64,000 nucleotides of DNA from Iphione sp. A-MEVVRFRX5 (Eukaryota), in the NCBI GenBank assembly GCA_976226885.1, contig OZ320316.1:102796001-102860000 (forward strand). Direction: 5' to 3'. The position numbers and the translations under genes were made by a program. Below are positions 39,201-46,731 of the stretch, in pieces; within the stretch, counting starts at the first letter, position 1, and every line of letters begins with the position of its first letter. The notes under the pieces were generated by a model. The model searched no databases, was not told the DNA's origin, and saw nothing but the letters and a program-made list of their open reading frames with translations.

Positions 39201-41087
39201 AAAAGAGAGAGTAGGACAGCCATGAGGAAGCAGTACATAGAGAGAAACGGTTACACAGTTGTGACGATGGAAGAGTGTAGGTTTGCCCATACGCTGAGGG
39301 ACAGTGCTGAACTAAGAGAGTTCACAGCAAAGTTTTCAACAGCATTTACGCAAAAGTACAGGGGTCGTGTGACAGAAGTCCAGATATTGAACGCTGTGCG
39401 AGAGGGACTATTCTTTGGAGCTCTGGAAGTGGATATTAAGGTGCCAGACACATGGGAGCCGGGGATGGAGAGGGCACTGCAGCCAGCAGATTATTTTGGG
39501 GAGATGTGCCCGCTGTTTGGCAATGCAACTGTGCGCATGGAGGATATAGGAGATCACATGAAGAGACACATGAAGGCAAGCAGGATGTCAGAGAGACCGA
39601 GGAGGTTGTTGGTGGGTGCGTTGAGTGCGAAGAAGACGTTGATACTCTCACATCTCTTGAAGTGGTACTTGAATCATGGTCTGGTTGTATCAAAGATTTA
39701 CCAAACAGTGGAGTTCGTTCCAAGAAAGTGTTTCAGGACATTTGTAGGAGATGTGACGGAAGCAAGGCGACAAGGAGACACAGATGTTAACAAGGCAATT
39801 ATAGCAGATACAATGAAGCTGATCGGAAATTCAGCATATGGCGGAATAATAATGCAGAAAGAAAAACAAAACTGCGTCAAGTACTTCACGAGTACTAGCC
39901 AGGCTGTGTCTGCTGTGAACTCGCCTCGGTTTAGGAGGATGGTGGAGATGAGGGGCTTGTATGAAGTCGAACTGGCAAAGACGAGAATCACACTAGATAT
40001 GCCTGTCTACGTCGGGTTTTCAATCTTACAGTATGCCAAATTGGTGATGTTGTCCTTCTATTACGATTGTGTTGATAGATGGATCAACAGGGAGAAGTAC
40101 GAGTATGTGACCATGGACACTGACAGTGCATACATTGCACTGGCGGAGCCGTCACTAGTAGATGCTATGACAGAGGAGGGAAAGAGAGCATATGAGGCCG
40201 ACACACTGGGGAAGTGTGATGACAAATTGACTCCAGCATGGTTTATGCGCGAGTGCTGTGAAGCTCACCGGAAGTTTGACAGACGCGTACCATGCCTGAT
40301 GAAGGAAGAAGCCAGGGGTGAAAAGATAGTTGCATTAACAAGCAAGACTTATGTGTTGGAGGACAGACGGACATTCCCACCATCAATAAAAATGAGCTGC
40401 AAAGGAGTGTCAAAGGCCCATGTGGACAATGCGTTACAGACATATGAGAGTGTACTCAAGACGCGTCAGAGCAGAGAAGGGAAGAACAAGGGGTTCAGAG
40501 TATGGTTGGGAACAATATGTACGTATGAATTGGTGAGAGACGGCTTCACATATTTCTATGCGAAGCGACGAGTTCATGAGGATGGCATACACACGTCACC
40601 CCTTCAGATAACGCTTTGTCCGTGGGAAGACGTCATGGACGGATACGTAATAATCAGCAGGCCTTGGCATGTTCTACATCCACAGTATATGTGGGGTATG
40701 ACTAATGGATTCATCTCAGCAGAGCACATGTACCTGTACAACATGGCTGTTCACCACGGAGAGCTGGACATAGCGAGGGCGATAGCCGGCTCGTCAGACA
40801 GAGCAGAGTTCAAGGCATATGGAGAAATGGTAGAACAGAACAGGGAGTGGAAGGAATTTGTGAGGTTGCAATCAATGATGGACATATCACGTGAGAAGGT
40901 CAGAATCTTGGGCGCACTTGTGATGAAAGAACTACGTGACGACAGGCGCATTGTTTTCGCCTCCCCCGATAGGTTCTGGGGAGTAGGTATGGACGAATCG
41001 GTGATAGAGCAGACTAGTCCGGAGGAGTTCAGGGGACGCAATAGGTTAGGCGAAGTGTGGGAGTGTGTCAGAGCTGAGTTGAGATAA
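36276..41087 (+). CDS. pPolB: Protein-primed family B DNA polymerase (main exon; zinc fingers, vOTU-like, exonuclease, VSR-like insert, polymerase, C-terminal NADAR-like domain)
   Basis: ORF 36240-41087. ExoI YDCES, ExoII GFNSGKYD, ExoIII YNKLD, motif A LDANSLY, motif B KLIGNSAYG, motif C MDTDS. Acceptor GACTTACAG| at 36275 is in frame; the ORF has no early ATG. Confidence 0.97.
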   Translation, partial: RIEHECSYCKRKFVYKANAVKHSVKCVEKQKLTCEVCRRRFQTLEQKVNHVSRFHGRKKKEDKVRSYKCRTCDSLFNSRRDLYIHNGEQHGGGDEGLQSVPWQRGEEPWLVDVDANNADAGQVIAQNKREERSIEFKRVYNANKRHILAQHSEGSVAATYNFPTNNLADGGVELARHMEEVYNNEQRAFKVNVGFGVILRHVETDKYRYFVPYKNSTVLSEPAMVSSRRDMDDVIERLKEVDTDNYFTVNRPDTKWIAEGVVNVTYFVSRLSYPLGSGFLPRFLKSRPYIAPLDQFGDGRPIADELCAFRCLAMFEGKSTTIENCVLQYYQKWRQFIAGKKGVDIGDDATKYRGVSLDELSEFEECFEVGLYVFELTRENSVVMHYRPFHRFNRTMYVNVYEGHLSYVSDFARYAQKFECVLCRRCFKTRFNIERHMKSCPLRTRYVYKGGFYTSPQTVFEELDAVGIVVPEQDRTYNDFAVYDCESMLRGMPEGESPKLKWVHRHEVISVAVCSNVPGYDRPECFISGDMEVLVGNMVDYLEKIQEEAARRAEMKWHDVFEQLEVMKKRLSERQAHVTQAVSTSPTMLANECEADDSQDEGESENGCGDKQMTTLLTRLEERFTTYANTLPVLGFNSGKYDFNVMKAVLLRRLKMRCRELFVIKRENTYITVDNGTLKFLDISQYLTPGVSYVKFLKAYGVEEQKGVFCYEYLDSPEKLAVTGIPPHEAFYSSVKNKNISEEEYEGVRRTWISEGMQTLQDLLEYYNKLDVGPFVEAVIRLQKFYFERGMDVFKVAMSAPGVARRLLFQSARKEGASFPTFSHRDEDLYQAFKKNIVGGPAIVFTCAHEKDVTNIRDSFNKCKTILGLDANSLYLGCIGMEHATTTYVRRRAKTGFAPEKMSASVMCIVWLEWEAKERRMMIHHAQNRYEGEVRIGPFKVDGIAFDTNTVFEYNGCYYHGHTCMNGKMKEVERKKRESRTAMRKQYIERNGYTVVTMEECRFAHTLRDSAELREFTAKFSTAFTQKYRGRVTEVQILNAVREGLFFGALEVDIKVPDTWEPGMERALQPADYFGEMCPLFGNATVRMEDIGDHMKRHMKASRMSERPRRLLVGALSAKKTLILSHLLKWYLNHGLVVSKIYQTVEFVPRKCFRTFVGDVTEARRQGDTDVNKAIIADTMKLIGNSAYGGIIMQKEKQNCVKYFTSTSQAVSAVNSPRFRRMVEMRGLYEVELAKTRITLDMPVYVGFSILQYAKLVMLSFYYDCVDRWINREKYEYVTMDTDSAYIALAEPSLVDAMTEEGKRAYEADTLGKCDDKLTPAWFMRECCEAHRKFDRRVPCLMKEEARGEKIVALTSKTYVLEDRRTFPPSIKMSCKGVSKAHVDNALQTYESVLKTRQSREGKNKGFRVWLGTICTYELVRDGFTYFYAKRRVHEDGIHTSPLQITLCPWEDVMDGYVIISRPWHVLHPQYMWGMTNGFISAEHMYLYNMAVHHGELDIARAIAGSSDRAEFKAYGEMVEQNREWKEFVRLQSMMDISREKVRILGALVMKELRDDRRIVFASPDRFWGVGMDESVIEQTSPEEFRGRNRLGEVWECVRAELR

Positions 41088-41168
41088 AAAGAGAAGTCAC
41101 TGCTACTACTACTGCAGTCACTGGATGAGCGACACAAATACCACAACGAACAATAACAACGTTGAGCA

Positions 41169-41801
41169 ATGGAGGAAGTACTGATGAGTGAATATAGGTT
41201 TGCAACACCGAGTACAATTATGGTGAGCGGGGCCACGTCATCAGGAAAAACCCGATTTGTAACAAGGTTGATCAGAGAGAGACGTAGGATGTTTGAGTCA
41301 CCTGTGCCGGAGAAGATAGTTTACTGTTATGGCGCATGGCAGGACGTGTTTGATGAGATGATTAGGGAGGGAGGGGTTGAGTTCCGTGAAGGGATCAATG
41401 TGGACGGTATAAAACACGTGATGGGGACATTGTTGATAATAGACGATTTGATGGACGACGCTGTACAGAGTGAGAAGATCAGAGATCTGTTCACTCGCGG
41501 CTCACACCACGACAGGATCACCGTGGTACTCTTGTTGCAAAACCCATTCTGCCAAGGGAAGTGTGCGAAGTCTATTGCACTGAACTCTCAGTACATGGTT
41601 CTGTTCCGTAATCCCCGTGACATACACCAAATAGGAAGACTTGGCAGTCAGCTGGGAATGCCAGAAGTGAAAGAGGCATACAGAGACGCTGTGAAGGAAT
41701 TGTACGGATATTTGGTGATCGATCTCCACCCTCGCAACTCGACAGACGTTAAGTTGACCAGCCACATATTTCCCGGAGAAGAGCTTGTGTGGTACAAATA
41801 G
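41169..41801 (+). CDS. A32/FtsK-like DNA packaging ATPase
   Basis: Walker A GATSSGKT, Walker B LLIIDD, and the LFTRGSHHDRITVVLLLQN motif typical of Polinton ATPases. Confidence 0.95.
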   Translation: MEEVLMSEYRFATPSTIMVSGATSSGKTRFVTRLIRERRRMFESPVPEKIVYCYGAWQDVFDEMIREGGVEFREGINVDGIKHVMGTLLIIDDLMDDAVQSEKIRDLFTRGSHHDRITVVLLLQNPFCQGKCAKSIALNSQYMVLFRNPRDIHQIGRLGSQLGMPEVKEAYRDAVKELYGYLVIDLHPRNSTDVKLTSHIFPGEELVWYK

Positions 41802-41815
41802 GTGTCGGAGAGACG

Positions 41816-42379
41816 ATGTCGCTGTCGCGGTTGAGGGACAGCTCAAGCTTTATTCGCCTGATACTATCAAGCTCGAGTCGGACACAGATCGAGGCTTTGT
41901 TCGATACGGCAACTGTAGGCCAGTTAGATACGATACGAGAAATTGCCCACAACTTGTTGGTGCTGCCAGCAGAAGAAGGCGTTCGAAGGGAAGTAGCGAA
42001 GAGGCGGTCACTCTTGACCAAGTTGGCCAACCGTAGGGTATCGTACCGTTCCAAGTCGGCACTTGTCAGCAAGTACTACCGTCAGCTGTTTCACTTGTTT
42101 CGTATTGTGAGGGACGAGCTGTGGTCATTAACATCGCCTTGTAGTGGTGACGGTTTTGGTGAGGCAGAGGTAGACGACGTACCACCACCACTGCCATCGC
42201 AGCATTGGCCGTTTCCACCACCGCCATCTCGACCTGACAGGCGGCGGCAACAGCCGCAGCAGCAGCAGCATCTCCCAATAGAAGACGCAGTAGTGGACCG
42301 TGCCGACGACAACGGCAACGACGAGGGTTACGACACGACTGACGGTTGCGACGATACTACACCTGCTCTTGCGGCATGA
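41816..42379 (+). CDS. Polinton-type small helical protein with low-complexity tail (187 aa)
   Basis: ATG at 41816 just after ATPase stop. The QLDTIREIAHNLL motif resembles a conserved Polinton protein usually found beside the ATPase; the stop overlaps the next ATG (ATGA). Confidence 0.7.
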   Translation: MSLSRLRDSSSFIRLILSSSSRTQIEALFDTATVGQLDTIREIAHNLLVLPAEEGVRREVAKRRSLLTKLANRRVSYRSKSALVSKYYRQLFHLFRIVRDELWSLTSPCSGDGFGEAEVDDVPPPLPSQHWPFPPPPSRPDRRRQQPQQQQHLPIEDAVVDRADDNGNDEGYDTTDGCDDTTPALAA

Positions 42380-42468
42380 GGAAATTGGTGTGTGTGCCTT
42401 ACGACCGTTATTTGTCCCTTGTGGAATGTCAGCAGCAGCAACAGCAACAGCAACAACACAATAACACC

Positions 42469-42504
<36 letters not shown>

Positions 42505-42783
42505 TCAATAGACCGGCCAGCAACAGTGGCACCATCCTCATTAGTGGTGGAGGAGGAGGAAAAGGAAAAGGAGGGCAGAGGAGGAGGAACGTCGATGCTG
42601 GAATCGGAATTAGAGGGTGACCCGACACCCGCAGCGGCAGCACAAGTGCATGTGCTACGGCCTCAAGTGAGACAGCGAGCGCCGCGACGGAGGGCGCCAC
42701 AAGCACCACCACCGCCGGGCCTTCCGTTGGTAGGTCGCAAAAAGAGGGCGCTTGACTGGACGGCGGGATGGATAAGTATCTGA
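42376..42783 (+). CDS. Polinton small low-complexity protein (MRKLVCVPYDRYLSL...GWISI, 135 aa)
   Basis: ATGA overlap with the upstream ORF and 16-nt overlap with the integrase; N-terminal K-LVP-Y-L-type motif and C-terminal Trp typical of such Polinton ORFs; polyQ/polyS/polyE runs. Confidence 0.65.
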
Positions 42784-43868
42784 GTGGGATCTACTTCGAT
42801 CCCCGTGAACCTGAATCTTTCGGTGGAGTCTTGGCCCTGCATAGGCGCAGTCGGGCAGACGGACGGGCGTATACGCGTCGCCAGATAGAGGAGTGGTTGC
42901 GTGCGCAGGAGGCCTATACTCTGTTCGCCCCATCGAGACTGAGCGGGGGTGTGAAACGTCCGCGGGTAGTCGTATCAGACAAGTTCGATCAGTTTGATGC
43001 AGACACGGCCAATATGTCGACATGGGAAGATTTTAACAGCGGCATTGGCTATTTCCTTGTTGTGATTGACATTTTCACTCGCTATGCGTGGACACGGCTC
43101 CTGCGCAGTCTGAGGGCGAAGGATACGCTTGCCGCACTCCGTTCAGTGATGGATGAGCGCAAATGTCGGGTCCTTCGCACAGATGGTGGGAGTGAGTTCA
43201 ACAACCGCTGGATGCGCCGTTACTTGCTCGACACAGGCGTGAAGCATGTCGTGACGCGCAACGAAGTTAAGGCAAACTATGCGGAACGTTTAATCAAGAC
43301 GCTGAAGACACGCCTTACACGTGACATGTATCACCGTCAGTCTCACATGTGGTCTGAGCGCCTGGCCGACATTACCGATGCTTACAACCGACACTTTCAC
43401 CGCTCCATCAGCACTAGCCCAGCCGTGGCCGCTTCTGATGCCATAGACAAAGTGGACTTATGGCATAGACAATATGGCGACGCTACAACCACCGCCGTGC
43501 GTCCTTTCCGGTTGGACAAGGGTGATGTTGTCCGACTAGCACGTTTCCGTCACCCCTTCACTCGGGCTTATGATGAGCATTGGACGCATGAGCTCTTTGT
43601 CATCACTGGACGGACACGAAGTCAAGGTGTGGCCCAGTACACCATAAAGACTTGGGATAATGAAGCTGTTGAAGGGCGTTTCTATGATGAAGAACTGATG
43701 AAGGTCAACGTTGATGAGCATGCGCGCTACAAAGTGGAGAAAGTTTTGCGAAACAAGAAGGTTGCGGGTGTCGACGGGTTTGTGGTACGCTGGTTGGGCT
43801 GGCCTAGCCGCTATGACTCATGGGTGAGCAAGGATGATTTGAGTGACTTACAGCAGCAGGAGCAATAG
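42768..43868 (+). CDS. INT: Retroviral-like (rve, DDE) integrase with C-terminal chromodomain
   Basis: QFDAD, LRTDGGSEF, NYAERLIKTLK catalytic motifs; chromodomain YKVEKVL...VVRWLGWPSRYDSWV. Confidence 0.97.
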   Translation: MDKYLSGIYFDPREPESFGGVLALHRRSRADGRAYTRRQIEEWLRAQEAYTLFAPSRLSGGVKRPRVVVSDKFDQFDADTANMSTWEDFNSGIGYFLVVIDIFTRYAWTRLLRSLRAKDTLAALRSVMDERKCRVLRTDGGSEFNNRWMRRYLLDTGVKHVVTRNEVKANYAERLIKTLKTRLTRDMYHRQSHMWSERLADITDAYNRHFHRSISTSPAVAASDAIDKVDLWHRQYGDATTTAVRPFRLDKGDVVRLARFRHPFTRAYDEHWTHELFVITGRTRSQGVAQYTIKTWDNEAVEGRFYDEELMKVNVDEHARYKVEKVLRNKKVAGVDGFVVRWLGWPSRYDSWVSKDDLSDLQQQEQ

Positions 43869-43901
43869 TGTCACCATTCTTGTTTCGTCCATTCATCCGA
43901 C

Positions 43902-44312
43902 ATGTACATACTCGCTACTCCCGATTTGAGTAAAAACGCTCACCCAGGCAACACCCGCTCAGACTTTGTCGTGGACCTACAACGCCCGATTGAGTTGATC
44001 GGCAAATGGGAGTGCGCCTTGATCAATGTCTACTTTGACACCCCTTCGTCTGCCGAGCGTGATCTCGATGTCATTATATGCTCTGACCTAGTAGCTAACA
44101 ACTATATGACAGGTACCTTGCGCCCTGCTGTCCGTGTTACAAGGCCGACTTCAGCAGAGTTCGCCACGCCGTGGTACTTGAGAGCTTCCTCGTGTCGTAT
44201 AGAGAGATTTAGAGTATACTGCTCTTCCTTGGACAACAAAAAGGCAGAAGTGCCCCATATCCACCGGGCTGTGTTTCATCTACGACCAAGTCGGTCATTG
44301 CCATCGTCGTGA
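43902..44312 (+). CDS. PX: Minor capsid protein (penton, PX-like), short form (136 aa)
   Basis: N-terminal HPGNTRSDFVVDLQRPIELIGKWECAL matches the Polinton penton N-x4-F-x3-L-x3-I-x-L-x-G-x-WE-x-AL pattern. Confidence 0.8.
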   Translation: MYILATPDLSKNAHPGNTRSDFVVDLQRPIELIGKWECALINVYFDTPSSAERDLDVIICSDLVANNYMTGTLRPAVRVTRPTSAEFATPWYLRASSCRIERFRVYCSSLDNKKAEVPHIHRAVFHLRPSRSLPSS

Positions 44313-44315
44313 GCC

Positions 44316-44621
44316 ATGAACTACGTTCCCTACGTCCCTCGTTCTGATGCCTTCAAGCACACAGTCCGGCGTCGGTCGCACTATGTTGGTAAGGGTCCAC
44401 CGTTGACACTGGTGTCGCCTGTTGAGCAGAGTGTTGAACGGGCTAAGGCCAGCCTTGTCAAGAATGTACCTCTGGTTAAAAACAAGCGAACATCATCTCC
44501 CTCATCACATTGTCCTGCGAAGCAAAAGAGACGACAGACAAAGCAACCGGCGAAGAAGAGGAAGGCACAATCACCCACAAACAAAAAGAAAACGACTACA
44601 CGTAAGTTCCGCAAGCACTAG
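44316..44621 (+). CDS. Basic putative virion core (DNA-condensing) protein (101 aa)
   Basis: YVPY start, YVGKG, LVSPVEQSVERAK motif, Lys/Arg-rich C-terminal half; lies between penton and MCP. Confidence 0.7.
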   Translation: MNYVPYVPRSDAFKHTVRRRSHYVGKGPPLTLVSPVEQSVERAKASLVKNVPLVKNKRTSSPSSHCPAKQKRRQTKQPAKKRKAQSPTNKKKTTTRKFRKH

Positions 44622-44626
44622 TGACC

Positions 44627-46009
44627 ATGACGCATGTGCTTCAGGACTCGGACGATGGCTTTGGGCTTGATCTCGACCTGTTTCATGTGCCACCTACCCA
44701 GACCGGCATTACGGAACAATATGTGAAGGAGTTCTTACCCATCGGAGACTTAAGCCATGGCAGCATAGTCGAGTTTAATGTACCGAACGACTCGCTTGAT
44801 TACATCATGTTACACAAAACTCGCCTCCGCATTGATGTGCAAATTCTGAAAGACGATGATACTCCAATTGGCACTGTAGACAAGGTCGGCTTTATCAACA
44901 TGGCAGCCTCCACCATCTTTCAGCGTATGGAACTTGCTCTGCAACAGACTGTCGTGAACACTGGTGTTGGAGGAGTGTACCCATACAAGGTCATGCTTGA
45001 TACACTCTTCCATGCCGGGTTGTCTGATGAGCTGGGCTGGCTGCGTGTTGCTGGGTATGCAAAGGACAATAACATATACATGGACGACATCAACCGTAAT
45101 ACCGGTCTTGGCACACGGGCAGACAAGACGGCCGGAGGCAAGGTTGCGCGTCTGATGACTCGCCTATTTTCTGGTGTAAGTGACCAGTCACGACCAATAA
45201 TTAACGGTGTGCCAATCAACCTCAAGCTCTATCCTGCATCTGACGCTTTTCGCCTGATCTATCCAGCCCTCACTGCTTATACAACCACAGACGGTGACGG
45301 TGACGGTGAGGGAGGAGGAGGAGGAGGAGGAGGAGGAGGAGGAGCTGTTCGAACATCTAAGACATATCGTCTGAAACTGGTCAGAGCTGTCTTGTTCATT
45401 ACATTTGCACGAGTTCATGAAGGCCTTATCGTTCAGCACCGAGCCCAGCTTGAGAAGTCCCCAGCACTGTACCCATTTCTACGCAGTGACTTACGGGCTT
45501 TCACCGTATCTCAGAACAGCCACGAGTTTGCTACAGAGAACATATTCCAAGACCGTGTACCACTGACAGTCGCCCTTGTTTTGGTTGATGCTGCTGCGTT
45601 TGCTGGCAACCACGAAAGGAACCCATTTGACTTCAAGAACTTCTCGGCCAACTACATATCATTTGAAGTGAACGGAGAGTCGCGCCCCGGCCGCCCCTAT
45701 CAGCCCGACTTTGATGCCGGCCACATTGCAACTCCCTACGCAGCACTGTTCGACTCCTTCTCTAGGTGGTATCGACGCCAACTCCCAGACATTACAGAGT
45801 CTGATTTCACCACTGGTTACACTATCTTCGTATTTGACCTAGATAAGGGACGTGAGAAGGACCTCCTGACTCCACTCCGACGAGGCAACACCCGCCTGAC
45901 TGTGAAGTTTGCAGCTGCTCTCCCTGTCACCATTACAGCATTAGTAGATGCCACGTTTCCTTCACTTATGAGCATTGACCTGGCTCGAAATGTCACTCTC
46001 ACCACCTAG
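44627..46009 (+). CDS. PY: Major capsid protein (double jelly-roll, PY) (460 aa)
   Basis: LDLFHVPPTQ, IVEFNVP, PINLKLYP, NPFDFKNF, GYTIFVFDL and C-terminal IDLARNV motifs of Polinton MCPs. Confidence 0.93.
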   Translation: MTHVLQDSDDGFGLDLDLFHVPPTQTGITEQYVKEFLPIGDLSHGSIVEFNVPNDSLDYIMLHKTRLRIDVQILKDDDTPIGTVDKVGFINMAASTIFQRMELALQQTVVNTGVGGVYPYKVMLDTLFHAGLSDELGWLRVAGYAKDNNIYMDDINRNTGLGTRADKTAGGKVARLMTRLFSGVSDQSRPIINGVPINLKLYPASDAFRLIYPALTAYTTTDGDGDGEGGGGGGGGGGGAVRTSKTYRLKLVRAVLFITFARVHEGLIVQHRAQLEKSPALYPFLRSDLRAFTVSQNSHEFATENIFQDRVPLTVALVLVDAAAFAGNHERNPFDFKNFSANYISFEVNGESRPGRPYQPDFDAGHIATPYAALFDSFSRWYRRQLPDITESDFTTGYTIFVFDLDKGREKDLLTPLRRGNTRLTVKFAAALPVTITALVDATFPSLMSIDLARNVTLTT

Positions 46010-46487
46010 TGCTCTTACAAGCAGTGATATAAGACTTTATCTTGAACCCTATAACGGTCCTACGTGGGTTGACTCATATGAATTGCTCCCCACCCATCCC
46101 TTACCCTGCGTTCCTGTGCCCTATGTGTTTGTCGTAAACACTGACCAGGTTGGCTGTCCTGGTCTTCACTGGGTTGCCATATTAATCTTGCCAACCGACA
46201 TTGAAACTGGTCAACGACAGGTTGGAGAGTTTTTTGACTCTCTTGGGATGCCTCCTCAGCACTACCATCCTCATATTCAACGTTTCCTGTCTACGAACTG
46301 TGCTTGTTACGTTTACTCACATGTACGTGTACAAGGAAATATGCCAGTGTGCGGTCACTTCTGTCTAGCGTATATATACTCACGCTTGCACGGTGAGAGT
46401 TATGAGTCATTCATCCTTTCATTTAGTAACAATTTAGCATGTAATGATCGTGCTGTTGTTGATCACTATTATACTCATCATATCTAA
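45990..46487 (+). CDS. PRO: Adenain-like (C5) cysteine maturation protease (165 aa)
   Basis: VVNTD...PGLHWVAI (His), EFFDSLG (Asp), RVQGNMPVCGHFC (Gln/Cys); overlaps the MCP end by 20 nt. Confidence 0.93.
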   Translation: MSLSPPSALTSSDIRLYLEPYNGPTWVDSYELLPTHPLPCVPVPYVFVVNTDQVGCPGLHWVAILILPTDIETGQRQVGEFFDSLGMPPQHYHPHIQRFLSTNCACYVYSHVRVQGNMPVCGHFCLAYIYSRLHGESYESFILSFSNNLACNDRAVVDHYYTHHI

Positions 46488-46731
46488 CTGGTGTACTCAC
46501 TTGCTCACTCACATGCACGTCGTCCATTTCAATCATCTGCAGTGTGTAATTGCGCCACGACACCATTCGACGTTATGTAATAAGAGACATAGAGCGGGAT
46601 ATAGGTCATATGACACGTATACAGTATTGGTGGATTGAGAAACATTGCTTACAGATGTATACGATGTATTAATGTAATAAAAGTTATGTATACTTTATCA
46701 CTGCTGTGTTGTTTCATGCTTTCGTACCATA

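Noticed and set aside
36564-46005. Many minus-strand ORFs of 60-190 aa opposite the core viral genes
   Set aside because: Antisense shadows of long coding frames; no motifs recognised.
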